Positions 32,647 to 43,235 of a DNA stretch of 64,000 bases are shown piece after piece. Below the pieces are notes generated by a model. That model had not been told where the DNA came from and ran no database searches. It saw only the letters and a list, made by a program, of their open reading frames with translations. This DNA comes from Candidatus Multivorans sp. (lineage in GTDB: Bacteria > Acidobacteriota > Thermoanaerobaculia > Multivoradales > Multivoraceae), in NCBI GenBank assembly GCA_965247095.1, contig OZ251997.1, positions 2,496,001-2,560,000 of the forward strand, in the 5' to 3' direction. A program made the position numbers and the translations under genes. The first letter of the stretch is position 1. The number at the start of each line of letters is the position of its first letter.

Positions 32647-33865
32647 GTGTCATGTCACTCGTCCTAGGTCGCATGAATCGTAGTAGGTTCCTTGCCGTTC
32701 GACGACGGCAAGGAGTCTGGCATGAAGCGGTATGTGGTGGAGTTGGAGGAGCAGGAGCGCGAGGCGTTGGCGACGACTACGCGCAAGGGTTCGCATCGGT
32801 CGCAGAAGGTGATCAACGCCTTGATTCTGCTCAACTGCGACGAGGGCGAGTTCAACGGGCGTCGGACGACCGGCGAGACGATCGCCGGGGTCTTGCGGAT
32901 CAGTGCGCGCAAGGTGGATCGTGTGAAGAGGCGGTTTGTGGAGGACGGTCTGGAGGCGGCGCTCGGGAGTCGGCAGGGGCGTCGTCCCAAGTACCTGCGC
33001 AAGGCGGATGGCGAGTTCGAGGCGCGGCTGATCGCGCTCAGTTGCGGAGAGCCGCCCGAAGGGCATTCGCAGTGGTCTCTGCGTCTGTTGGCGGACCGTG
33101 CGGTGGAGCTCGGCTATATCGACAGCGTCTCGCACGAGACGGTGCGGCGGGTGCTAAAAAAAACGCTCTCAAACCGTGGCGCCGCGTCGGCTGGGTGATT
33201 CCGCCGCAATGCAACGCCGACTTCGCGGCGAACATGGAGCGGGTGCTCGACGTCTATCGGCGTCCGCACGACGCGAACTTCCCGGTGGTGTGCATGGACG
33301 AGACGCCGCGGCAGTTGATCGCCGAGACACGGGCGCCCATCCCGCCGGCCCCTGGACGGGAGGTCCGCGAAGACTACGAGTACCGACGCTGCGGCGCCTG
33401 CAACGTGTTCATGGCGACCGAACCGCTGGCCGGGCGGCGTCTGACCAAGGTCACCGAGCGCAGGACCAAGACCGACTGGGCGCGTTTCCTGGAAGACATC
33501 GCCGGGCAGTATCCCGACGCCACCCGAATCACGCTGGTGATGGACAACCTCAACACGCACCGCCCCGGCGCGCTCTACGAGACCTTCGACCCGGCCCGGG
33601 CCAAGGCGCTGTGGGACCGCTTCGAGTTCGTCTATACCCCCAAGCACGGCAGTTGGCTGAACGTCGCCGAGGTCGAACTCAGCGTGATGATCCGCCAGTG
33701 CCTCAACCGCCGCATCGACTCCATCGACACCCTACGCGCCGAAGTCGGCGCCTGGCAGGCCGCCAGAGACCGGATCCAAGCCAAGGTCAACTGGCACTTC
33801 ACCACCGACGACGCTCGCGTCAAACTCAAGCGCCTCTATCCGACTTTTGACGAGTGACACGGCAC
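32647..33865 (+). mobile_element. IS630-family insertion sequence
   Basis: TIRs GTG(T/C)C(A/G)TGTCACTCGTC, flanked by TA within CTAG on both sides. Confidence 0.92.
32722..33857 (+). CDS. IS630 transposase orfA/orfB, probably joined by a programmed -1 frameshift
   Basis: orfA HTH (32722-33198); A8 run at 33156-33163; orfB CMDE, MDNLNTH, WLNVAE (DDE). Confidence 0.9.
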
Positions 33866-33917
33866 TAGTTGGCTCAGCCTTACGCGAGCGAGTGCGAGCT
33901 GTCACGAAGGGGTCTAC

Positions 33918-35506
33918 ATGACCGGAGCGACACCAGCAGAGCCATCCGCAGCCCCACCGGGCTCCCTGGAAGCGTGGGCCGCCGAAACGCCTCACGCAAC
34001 CGCGATCTCCGACAGCAGGCGTTCGGTCGACTGGGCGACCTGGAACGATCGCGCAAACCGGCTGGCCGACGCTCTCGAGCAGGGGCTCGGCAGCGTAGCC
34101 GGAGAGCGCGTTGCCGTCCGGCTGCACAATCGGGTCGAGTGGTTCGAGGTCGGGTCGGCCCTGGCGAAGCTCGGAGTGGCACCGGTTCCGGCCGGAACCC
34201 GGCTGGCGGCCAACGAGGTCGCCACATCGTTGGCGACAGCAAAGCGCGGCTCTTCATCACCGACGATCCGGCGATGGCGCGGGCCGCGCTTTCTCTTGGA
34301 GAGACCGCGCTTCGCGCAACGGTCCTGGTCGGAAGCGACCCGCCAGATGCGGTCCCGCCGGATGGCGCCCTGGACTTCGAAGAGCTGATCCAGGCGGGTC
34401 GCCCGGACCCGCGGATCGCCGGGCCACCGCTGGGCGCCAAGAACATCTCCTATACCTCGGGCACCACCGGCAGGCCGAAGGGCGCCGTGCGCTTCTACTC
34501 GCCCGAGCAGTTGCAGGCTCTCGGTGCGCTGGTACAGACGATCAACTCGAAGCTCCGACTTGGGCCCGACGAGAAGCACCTCGTGGTCGCACCGCTCTAC
34601 CACGCCGCGGCGTCGTTCTGTGCGCAGCAGGCGAGCCGCGCCGGCGGGCACCTGGTGCTCCATGAACGTTTCGATGCCGAAGCCGTCCTCGAGGAACTGG
34701 GTCGCGGGACCACCAGCTCGTTCATGGTCCCGACGATGGTGCGGAGGATTCTGGCGCTGCCGGAAGAACTCCGCGAAACGACCGATCTCCCCACGCTTCG
34801 CGCCCTGATCGTCGGAGGCGCTCCCTTCCCCGCCGAGATGCGCGCACCGGCGCAGGAGGTTCTCGGCGAGGTTCTGTTCGATCTCTACGGCTCCACCGAG
34901 ACCGGCTTCGCCACGATGCTCGAGCCGGCCGACCAAGTGCGAAAGGCGGACTCCGTGGGGCGGCCGCTCGACGGCGTCGACGTGCTGCTGCTCGACGAGG
35001 ATCAACGCCCGGTGTCTCGGGGCGAACGCGGAGTGCTCTTCATCAGAAGTCCGATGCAGGTCGACGGCTACTACGGCGACGAGGCAGCGACGGCGGAGAG
35101 CGCCCACGAGGGCTACTTCACCGCCGGGGACGTGGCCTACCAGGACGAGGAGGGCTTCCTCTACATCGTCGACCGCATCAAGGACATGATCCTGGTCGGC
35201 GGCGCGAACATCTACCCCGCCGAGATCGAGCAGGTCCTGCGCTCCCACCCTGCCGTCGCCGACGCAGCCGTCTTTGGCATCCCGCACGACGACCTCGGCG
35301 AGGAGATCAAGGCCGTCGTCGAACTCATCCCGGCGGCGACCGTCGAACCCGAGGAGCTCATCGCCCACTGGGGCGAGCGGCTGGCGAAGAACAAGTGGCC
35401 CCGAAGCATCGACTCCTGCGCCGAGCTGCCACGGAATCCCACCGGGAAGATCCTCAAGCGAGAGCTGCATGCACCCTGGTGGGCGGACCGAAAGCGCTCG
35501 ATCTGA
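33918..35506 (+). CDS. Acyl-CoA synthetase (AMP-binding), frameshifted near 34230
   Basis: YTSGTTGRPKG, YGSTE, GD..RIKD, LPRNPTGK; N-terminus in a different frame. Confidence 0.85.
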
Positions 35507-35507
35507 A

Positions 35508-35551
35508 CCTGGGAACGCGGGCGTCTCGCCCGCATCCGGCGCAAAGCGCCG
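35508..35551 (-). repeat. REP-like palindrome copy
   Basis: CCTGGGAACGCGGGCGTCTCGCCCGCATCCGGCGCAAAGCGCCG just after the stop codon. Confidence 0.8.
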
Positions 35552-35630
35552 CTTGGTTCCGGGGACAGGATCGAACTAGTCGAAGCGACGACCCGTGGCC
35601 CAATCGTCGACTCGGGGCCTCACGTCAGTC

Positions 35631-35938
35631 CTACCTCTGCGCGTGTAGATCGAGCCACTGTAACCGCCGATCGGTCTCCAGTAGAGGCTCGGCCTCAACA
35701 ATCTGGTCGATAATGTTTGGCCTGTCGAATAACCGGCGCTGGCTTCTAGGCCCGCAAACACGCCAAACAAGCTTGAGGGTCTCGTTGGGAAACCTCTTGG
35801 TAACGCCCGAAGACTTGATGGCGTGTAGATTCCCGCGATCCTCCTCAAATGGCAAGATGTAGTGCCAAAGTTGAGACAGTGCCTTGGGAAACTCCTCTCC
35901 AGTCGCCGCCACGAGATCGATGAAACCCTGAGTAGTTG
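35631..35938 (-). pseudogene. C-terminal fragment of a larger protein, possibly SIR2/Dsr1-like
   Basis: Lower-GC stretch reading LVAATGEEFPKAL..RFPNETLKL..IIDQIVEAEPLLETDRR; fused to the truncated IS4. Confidence 0.35.
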
Positions 35939-36638
35939 CCACTCGAAGTCGAGGTACAGACGGTCCGCAGCGACGATGCTTCCCCTCGGCAGGCGAAGGG
36001 ACCGCGCCACCTCAAGGTCCGACCCCTTGCCGTCCGTGACCTCCAGGAACGCCGGCAGACAGCCCTCGTGGTCCAGCCCCACGTGGAGCTTTAGCGCCCC
36101 CTTCGTCTCGCGGTACTGCGCCCACGGAAACAGCTCCAGGCACAAGTCCACGTACGTCGCATCCAGCGAGAACAGCTTGTTGTGGAACCGGAACCCGTGC
36201 CCCGGCGCCGTCGTACGGCATCGCGCCAGCAAACGACCGAACAACGCCTCGTAGAGACCGGAGGGCTGCTTCTCGTTCACGCGCGCCAGCGACGACCGGG
36301 CCACACGCCGAACGCCGAGGTGGTAGAGCATGTGAGCCTGCGCGTCGAGATTCGACACGATGTCGCGAAGGCTGCATCGTCTGGAGAGCTGCGCCGTCGC
36401 CATCGCCACGAACTGACTCCACCGGCTCATCGAGCGCAGCTTTCGCCCCCTTGTGATGCCGCCGGGCCTCCCCCTCGAACTCATGTCTCGACACCAGCTT
36501 CAGGAACTGACCGAGTACGGTACTATTGTGCGCCATGGGTCTGGATCTCCTTGCCGTCATTGGCCTTGCTTGAACACCAATCATACGACAAGGCACGGTT
36601 CAGACCCATCCTTCCTCCCCGTTTGTGGGACAGCACTG
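35939..36638 (-). mobile_element. Truncated IS4-family element (one end plus N-terminal transposase, frameshifted)
   Basis: ATG 36536 MAHNSTVLGQFL; SRWSQF, SLDAT, LKLHVG, ADRLYLDF; candidate end CAGTGCTGTCCCACAAA at 36638. Confidence 0.8.
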
Positions 36639-36699
36639 GTCGGCGAGGTACGTGTAGGCGCCGCACTTTCTCCGTCCGGACGGGACCAGCACGACCGGG

Positions 36700-36900
36700 G
36701 GGCCATCCGTGCCCTACGTCTTCGCCACCTGCTCGAACAGCCACGGGCAATCGATGAAGGGCGGAGACTGAACGCCGCGCGAGGCGAGGCGAGGTCGATC
36801 CGGCGGTTGCGCGCCATCGTCCTGGCGTCGTCGGGCAGGTCGACCCAGTCGTGACCCCAGAGGCTCGGGCCGTCGAAGCTCTCGACGGGCTGCCGGCCAT
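36700..36900 (-). pseudogene. Possible C-terminal remnant of a VOC/extradiol dioxygenase
   Basis: VESFDGPSLWGHD followed by a CPW segment. Confidence 0.3.
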
Positions 36901-36961
36901 CGGGCCGGCGGCGCGATGTATTGGTGTCAAACGTGAGACACATTCACGCTACCGTTGAGGC

Positions 36962-37198
36962 ATGAGAACGACGGTTGATCTGAACGAGGAGCTGCTTCGC
37001 GAGGCGAAGAAACGAGCGGCGAACGAAGGAAAGCCCTTGCGGATGTTCATCGAAGAGGCGCTACGCGCCATGATCCAGGCTCCGGCCACCCGAGAAACCG
37101 GCTTTGAGTTGAAGTGGCGAACGGAGAAGGGGCGGCTTCAGGCCGGCGTTCGCTTGGAGGACCGCCAGAGTCTCTTCGACCTCATGGAAGGGCGCTAG
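36962..37198 (+). CDS. Ribbon-helix-helix VapB-type antitoxin (orphan)
   Basis: MRTTVDLNEELLREAKKRAANEG...IEEALR. Confidence 0.75.
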   Translation: MRTTVDLNEELLREAKKRAANEGKPLRMFIEEALRAMIQAPATRETGFELKWRTEKGRLQAGVRLEDRQSLFDLMEGR

Positions 37199-37220
37199 AG
37201 GACGTACGAAGAACGGCTCA

Positions 37221-38746
37221 ATGACGAAGACGACACAGTGGATCCTGCTCACGGTCATCGTCCTGTTCGGCTGTGCGCCGGGCGAGGAGGTCGAGGAACC
37301 GCATGCACAACGACCGCCCAACGTCGTGCTCATCGTCGCCGACGACCTCGGCTGGCGTGATGTCAGCTTCAACGGCGGCGACATCGCCACCCCCAACATC
37401 GACCGCATCGCCGCGGAGGGCGTCAAGCTCGATCGCTTCTACGTGGCGCCCATCTGCTCGCCGACTCGCGCTGGCCTGATGACCGGCAGACATCCGATTC
37501 GCTACGGCATGATGCGCGGGGTCGTCATGGGGTACCACGACTACGGTCTCGATCCCGAGGCGACTCTCATCTCGCAGGTGCTTGCCGAGGCCGGCTACGA
37601 GCAACGCGGGCTCGTCGGCAAGTGGCATCTGGGTCTGTCGCGCAGGGAGTACCTCCCGCTCGAGCGCGGCTTCACGCGCTTCGTCGGCCACCTCGGCTGG
37701 GGCTTCGACTACTTCACGCACGAGCGCTACGGCGAGGTCGACTGGTTCCACGACGAAGAGCCGGTCGGCGAGCCCGGCTACAGCACCGATCTGATCTCCG
37801 AGCACGCCGTCCGCTTCGTCCGCGAGCACGCCGGCGGTGACGCGCCGTTCTTTCTGATGGTGCCGTACAACGCGCCGCACTCACCCTTCCAGGCGAAGGA
37901 GGAGGATCTGCCGCTCTATGCGGACCTCGAGCCGGTGCCGATCGAGGCGGTCGTCGGCCCGGGGGTGCCACCGGAGAAGTACGAGTGGTTCGGCGGTCAC
38001 GCCATGGGCCGGGCGCGCCTCGAAGACGTGGAGGGCCGGCTCAGGAACCGCCGGATCGCCGGTGCGATGGTCCACGCGATGGACGTTGGCATCGGGCGCA
38101 TCCTCGACGCCCTCGACGAGGCCGGCGTGGCGGACGACACCCTGGTGTGGTTCTTCTCGGACAACGGCGGCGACACCGGCATCGGCGAGAACCGCCCGTT
38201 CCGCGGCTCCAAGGGCAACGTCTTCGAAGGCGGCATCCGTGTCGCGGCAGCGGCTCGCTGGCCCGTTGGCGGGTTAGTGGTGGCGGCTCCATCTCCGCAC
38301 CGCTCAACTATCTCGACGTCATGCCGACGCTCATGGAGGCTGCGGCCGCCTCCGACCGTTTCGATCTCGAGCTGGATGGCCGGGATGCCTTGCCGGCGCT
38401 TCGGGGTCACAAGATCGCCGGCGACCGCGACTTCTACTCCTACAGCGGCCAGTTGAGCAACGAGCGCGAGCAGCTCATGGCGATGGAAGGTGACTGGAAG
38501 CTGATCGTCATCGGCCCCGAGCCGCTCGATCGCGCGGCGCTCGCCGAATCCCAGACCATGCTCTTCCACCTTGGAGACGACCCCGGCGAGCAGAACGACC
38601 TGTTAGCCGAGCACCCGGAGATCGCCGAGCGTCTGACCGAGAAGGCACTCGCCTTCCGCGCCCTGCAGCCCGACGAGCACGTGCCGATCTTCCAGGAAGG
38701 CCGCGAGGGTTTCGTGGCGCCGGAGAGATGGCAGCTTGCGGAGTGA
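37221..38746 (+). CDS. Arylsulfatase lipoprotein, frameshifted near 38275
   Basis: PNVVLIVADDLG, CSPTR, GKWHLG, SDNG, KGNVFEGG; C-terminus continues in ORF 37985..38746. Confidence 0.9.
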
Positions 38747-38771
38747 GCTGAGCGCGCAACTAGGAGTCGAA

Positions 38772-39692
38772 ATGAATCACCGATCTTTGTTGATGGCTGC
38801 GATGGCTGCCGTAGTGCTCACTTCTGCAACTGCCGTTGGCGGTGCCGCGGCGCAAGACGCACCCCGGACCGAGTTGGGCGCGCGCCTGGTCGAGCATCAC
38901 GGCGACGAGGCCTTCCTCCGCCTGGAGGACGTGAAGCTGCGAGAGAGCGTCGCTTACCCGGACGGGGCAGCGTTCGGCGCTCTGAAGACTCCGGCAGGGG
39001 CCTACCAGGCCTATCTCTCCACCCTCGCCGCGGTCGAAGAGGAGGCCGGTGTCAACACCCTGCTCGTCAACAGCGTCTTGAGAAGAAGCAACAGCGAACG
39101 CCCCGACGTTCACTGGACGCGCTGCGACTGGGACATCGTTGTGGTGAAGCACTATCCGAGCTGGCGTGCGTGGGAGAAAGTCGAGGGCAGCGGGTTGCGG
39201 GAGGCGGCGTACGTCCATCGTGAGGCGGCAGTGGCGAACGATCACGTTGTGGTGGCCCTGCCCCTGGTTGTCAGAGCGACGCGGCAGTCACGCCCGGACG
39301 ACCCCACCGACACCATGGTCTACATCATGAACCACCTCGAGCTTCGCGAGCAGGCACAATACGGCGACGGCTCGTACCCCGGATCGACCGGCATCGAAGC
39401 CTACCGGCGCTACAAGGGGGGTGGCCCGCTGGCCAACGTGCCCCGTGAGCTCATCATCACCGCCGAAGTGCCCGCTGCCCTCAACTCTGCCGACGCTCAC
39501 TGGACGCGGCTCAACATCGTCCGTTACCCCAGCTTGCGCGAAGTCGCAAAGCTCGTCCAGCCGAGCTCTCATCCCGAGAGCTGGTGGATGTTGCACAAGC
39601 ACAAGGAGGCGGCGGCAGCCCGGCACTGCGGCCCGATGACCGTGCCGACTCTGCCCGAGTCGAGCGTGGGTGCCGGCGCTTTGCGCCAATGA
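38772..39692 (+). CDS. Secreted protein with two DUF1330-like domains
   Basis: AGGAG RBS; signal peptide; repeated LRE...Y.DG...AY..Y...W...V.YPS pattern. Confidence 0.55.
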   Translation: MNHRSLLMAAMAAVVLTSATAVGGAAAQDAPRTELGARLVEHHGDEAFLRLEDVKLRESVAYPDGAAFGALKTPAGAYQAYLSTLAAVEEEAGVNTLLVNSVLRRSNSERPDVHWTRCDWDIVVVKHYPSWRAWEKVEGSGLREAAYVHREAAVANDHVVVALPLVVRATRQSRPDDPTDTMVYIMNHLELREQAQYGDGSYPGSTGIEAYRRYKGGGPLANVPRELIITAEVPAALNSADAHWTRLNIVRYPSLREVAKLVQPSSHPESWWMLHKHKEAAAARHCGPMTVPTLPESSVGAGALRQ

Positions 39693-39840
39693 GCCGCCGC
39701 AATTCCGTCCGGGCTGTCAGCGCGCCCCGCGGGGCGGGTTCGTAGTTACTTGGAGGGATTCGTTCGCCACGTTGGCGCTTTGCGCCAACGTGCCGCCGCA
39801 ATCCCGTCCAGGCTCTCAGCGCGCCCCGCGGGGCGCGCTG
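39675..39840. repeat. Two ~62-bp palindromic direct repeats (99-bp period) abutting the tRNA 3' end
   Basis: Units start at 39675 and 39774; perfect 24-bp palindrome CAGCGCGCCCCGCGGGGCGCGCTG at 39817-39840. Confidence 0.85.
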
Positions 39841-39914
39841 GTAGCCCGTACGGGATTCGAACCCGTGTTACTGGCGTGAGAGGCCAGCGTCCTAGACCCC
39901 TAGACGAACGGGCC
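39839..39914 (-). tRNA. tRNA-Glu (anticodon CTC)
   Basis: 76 nt; acceptor stem GGCCCGT/ACGGGCT; anticodon arm CTGGC-CTCTCAC-GCCAG; GGTTCGAATCC; encoded CCA. Confidence 0.96.
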
Positions 39915-40014
39915 ACGCGTGCGCAGGGCGGCAGAAGATAACACAGCGGTCCGGTTGCCAGCAGGTCCCTACGACCCGGAATCAGGGCCTCCCGCAAGCT
40001 GTTAGGTTGCCGTA

Positions 40015-41793
40015 GTGTCTTGCCTTTGCGCGACGGTGCTCCAGCGCGGGCTGCTAGCAGCCGCGGTGGGGCTCGCGCCGCTCGCTCCGGCCTGGGCGCA
40101 GGCCGACGACGAGCCCGAGACGCAGATTCTCTCGCAGGACGAGGGCACCATCGAAGTAGGCCGGCGGCAGGCGCCGCTGCCCTGGGCGGAGTCTTCGTTC
40201 GGCCCCCTCGTCGCCCTTGCTCCGGTGGTGGAGGTGCTGGGAGGCGAGCTGGAGATCGGACCTCTGGGCGAGGCGCACACACTGCGCGTCGCCGGTCGCG
40301 AGGTGGTGCTCGGGCCGCTGGGCCGGATCGTCCTGGTCGACGGCGAGATGCAGACGCTGTCGATCAAGCCGTGGCTCGAGCCCGAGCCGGAGATCCCCGA
40401 GCATCTGCGCCCGAAGGACGATTCCGACGAAGAGGGGGACGCCGATGAGCCGGCGCCCGAACTGCCGCCCATCGAGCTGCCGCCGCGGCACCTGTACGTG
40501 CCGGTCGACGCGCTGGCTCGGGCCTATCCGGCAGAGCAGGGATTCCGGTTCGACTTCGATCGCAGACGCGGAATTCTGGAGGTTTCGAAGACCGGCGAAC
40601 GCCGGCTCGCGGTCGAGGTGGACCGCGTTCACGATCTTGGCGCGACGACGCTGGTCGTGACGTTCTCGGGCCGGCCCCGCTACCGAGTCGACGAGTACCG
40701 CGGGGGCGTGCGGCTCCGACTTCTGAGCAGCGTCATGGCGCCGCGTCCGCGCGTCCGGCTGAACGATCCTCTAGTGCGCTGGCTGGAAGTGCGCGAACGC
40801 TCGATCGACATCGGCTTGGCGCCGCGGGCGGAGGCGTCGGAGCCGTACATCCTCGGACGTCCGCCTCGGGTTCAACTCGTTCTGGACATCACTCGGGACC
40901 GGTTGGGGCGCACGCCCAGCGCACTCTCCCGGCGCGAAGAGGAAACGGGAGAGTTCCGCATCGTTCTGGACCCGGGCCACGGGGGGGCCGACACCGGCGT
41001 GTCCTCGCCCTCCGGCGTGACCGAGAAGGACCTGGTGCTCGCGATCGCGCAGGAGCTGAGGTCGCACCTGGCGAACAGCCTGGGGGCGCGGGTCGTGCTG
41101 ACTCGGACCGAGGACACGGACGTGGCGCTCGAGACCCGGACCGCGGTGGCCAACCAGCGCCGGGCCGATCTGTTCCTGTCGCTGCATGTGAGTCCGGATT
41201 CCGCGTGGGCTTCGGGGGACGGGTTCCAGGCTTACGTCCTCGATCCGCCGCCCGCACTCTTCGAGACGGAGGAGGGCGAACCCGGCTTGCGAGGAAACGA
41301 GCAAGACGCGAACCAGTCCGAGCGCCCGTCCGCGGGCGCACGGATGGCACCGGCCGTATCGGACGATCCCGACCCGTTGGACTTCGAGGAGGACGCGTTC
41401 GACGAACTGGACGTGGTACCGGGAGACGGGGAGGCGGGAGACGAGGAGGGGATCCGGGTCGCCGTCCCGGCGCTCGAACTGTGGGAGCGGGTGCAGGACG
41501 GTCAGCTCGAGCGGAGCGCGTTGCTGGCGCGCCTGATCCAGAGCCACGTCAGCGACGCGCTCGGGCAGCCGAACCGCCGTGTCGGTCGCGCCCCGCTGCG
41601 GGTGCTGACCGGCGCTACGATGCCTGCGGTCCTGATCGAACTCGGTTCTCTGGGCCGCGACGAGGAAGGGACGCCGCTGCTCGACGAGTCTTACCGCCTG
41701 GAGTTGATCGAGGCGATCGGGCGGGCGATCCGGCTCTACCGTGGCGTCGCCGCGGGCACCGCTGAGGCCGCCGCCAACGGGGCGGGATCGTGA
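40015..41793 (+). CDS. N-acetylmuramoyl-L-alanine amidase (Amidase_3)
   Basis: LDPGHGG, TEKD, LSLH, PAVLIELG. Confidence 0.88.
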   Translation: MSCLCATVLQRGLLAAAVGLAPLAPAWAQADDEPETQILSQDEGTIEVGRRQAPLPWAESSFGPLVALAPVVEVLGGELEIGPLGEAHTLRVAGREVVLGPLGRIVLVDGEMQTLSIKPWLEPEPEIPEHLRPKDDSDEEGDADEPAPELPPIELPPRHLYVPVDALARAYPAEQGFRFDFDRRRGILEVSKTGERRLAVEVDRVHDLGATTLVVTFSGRPRYRVDEYRGGVRLRLLSSVMAPRPRVRLNDPLVRWLEVRERSIDIGLAPRAEASEPYILGRPPRVQLVLDITRDRLGRTPSALSRREEETGEFRIVLDPGHGGADTGVSSPSGVTEKDLVLAIAQELRSHLANSLGARVVLTRTEDTDVALETRTAVANQRRADLFLSLHVSPDSAWASGDGFQAYVLDPPPALFETEEGEPGLRGNEQDANQSERPSAGARMAPAVSDDPDPLDFEEDAFDELDVVPGDGEAGDEEGIRVAVPALELWERVQDGQLERSALLARLIQSHVSDALGQPNRRVGRAPLRVLTGATMPAVLIELGSLGRDEEGTPLLDESYRLELIEAIGRAIRLYRGVAAGTAEAAANGAGS

Positions 41794-42401
41794 TCCGCCC
41801 GCGGTCGAGCCTGTGTTCGGTGGTCGTCCTGGCGCTGCTTGCCGGTTGCGGCGGCTCGGGCCAGGACGGCGACGGCGACGTCGAAGCGGAACTCGTCGCC
41901 CCGGGCGAGGCCTTCCTGGCCACGCTGTGCTTCCCGAGTGTCGACGGGCTGCTTCGCTGCGACGAATGGCCGATCCGCGCCGAAGACAGCACGGAGGAGA
42001 CGGCTGCCGTCATCGTCGAAGCACTGATCGCGGGTCCGGGGCCCATCGAAGAGTTGCTCCCGGCTCTGCCGACCGGGGTCCGGCTCCTGGCGGTGGAATT
42101 GCTCGACGGCGTGGCCTATGTCGACCTGACGACCGTGGAAGTCGATTCCGGAACCGGTGAAGTGGCCGCTACAGGAAGCCGGTCGCCCGTGGTCCTGGAG
42201 CGGCCGGCGATGGGGCTGACGGAGGAACTCCTGGCCGTCTACAGCCTCGTGAACAGCCTGACCGCGAACAACCTGGGGGTCGATCGGGTGGTGCTGATGT
42301 GGAACGGCGAGCAGCGCTCGACGTTTGCCGGCCACGTCGACACGACGCGGCCGCTGATGGCCGACCTGGGACGGAACGCGGCGCCGTCCGGCGGCGTTTG
42401 A
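41790..42401 (+). CDS. GerMN-domain lipoprotein
   Basis: LAGC lipobox; ALIAGP, AYVDL, VYSLVNSL, TFAGHVD. Confidence 0.85.
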   Translation: MIRPRSSLCSVVVLALLAGCGGSGQDGDGDVEAELVAPGEAFLATLCFPSVDGLLRCDEWPIRAEDSTEETAAVIVEALIAGPGPIEELLPALPTGVRLLAVELLDGVAYVDLTTVEVDSGTGEVAATGSRSPVVLERPAMGLTEELLAVYSLVNSLTANNLGVDRVVLMWNGEQRSTFAGHVDTTRPLMADLGRNAAPSGGV

Positions 42402-43220
42402 ATGGTGTCTCACCCTGTGCCCCTGATCGGCGTCTTCGACTCGGGCGTCGGCGGCCTCACTGTGGTCGCGGCGCTCAGGCGGCGCCTGCCCGCCGCCTCG
42501 ATCCTCTACCTCGGCGATACCGCGCGACTGCCCTACGGCACGAAGTCGCGGCGAACGGTGCTGCGCTACTCCCAAGCCAACGTCGACTTCCTGGAGCAAC
42601 GCGGGGTCGACGCCCTGGTCGTCGCCTGCAACACGGCGTCGGCGATGGCGCTCGACGGCCTCGTGGTGCGGACCCCGCACTGGGGCGTGCTGGAGCCGGG
42701 CGCGTCGGCTGCCGTGGCGTCGGCTGGCCGGCACGTGGGCGTGATCGCCACCGAGTCGACGGTCCGGTCGGGGGCCTACGAGCACGCGATCCGGCGCCTG
42801 AACCCGAAGCTGCGGGTCAGTCAGCAGGCCTGCCCGCTGCTCGTGCCGCTGGTCGAGGAAGGCTGGGAGGACGACGAGATCACCGAGCGGATCGTCGCCC
42901 GCTACCTCGAACCGCTGCTGCGGGCGAAGATCGACACGCTGCTGCTCGGCTGTACCCACTACCCGCTCCTGCGCGGTGTGCTGGCGCGGGTCTGCGGGCC
43001 GGGCGTGACCCTGGTGGACTCGGCCGAGTCGACGAGCCTGGCGGTGGAGCAGCGAATCCTGCAGGCCGGTTGGCAGGGTGGAACTGCGCCGCACGCCCCA
43101 AGTGTGAGACTCTTCGCCACCGACGCGGGTTCCCGGTTCGCCAGACTCGCGGAGCGGATTCTCGGCGAACCCGTCGCCCTCGAGTGGATCGACGTGAATC
43201 AGGCCGAGAGGCATTCCTGA
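42402..43220 (+). CDS. murI: Glutamate racemase
   Basis: FDSGVGG, PYG, ACNTAS, LGCTHYP. Confidence 0.97.
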   Translation: MVSHPVPLIGVFDSGVGGLTVVAALRRRLPAASILYLGDTARLPYGTKSRRTVLRYSQANVDFLEQRGVDALVVACNTASAMALDGLVVRTPHWGVLEPGASAAVASAGRHVGVIATESTVRSGAYEHAIRRLNPKLRVSQQACPLLVPLVEEGWEDDEITERIVARYLEPLLRAKIDTLLLGCTHYPLLRGVLARVCGPGVTLVDSAESTSLAVEQRILQAGWQGGTAPHAPSVRLFATDAGSRFARLAERILGEPVALEWIDVNQAERHS

Positions 43221-43235
43221 GGAGGTGGAACGACT

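Noticed and set aside
39675-39840. Possible mini-CRISPR array
   Set aside because: Only two ~62-bp units, too long for CRISPR repeats; no cas genes; they abut a tRNA
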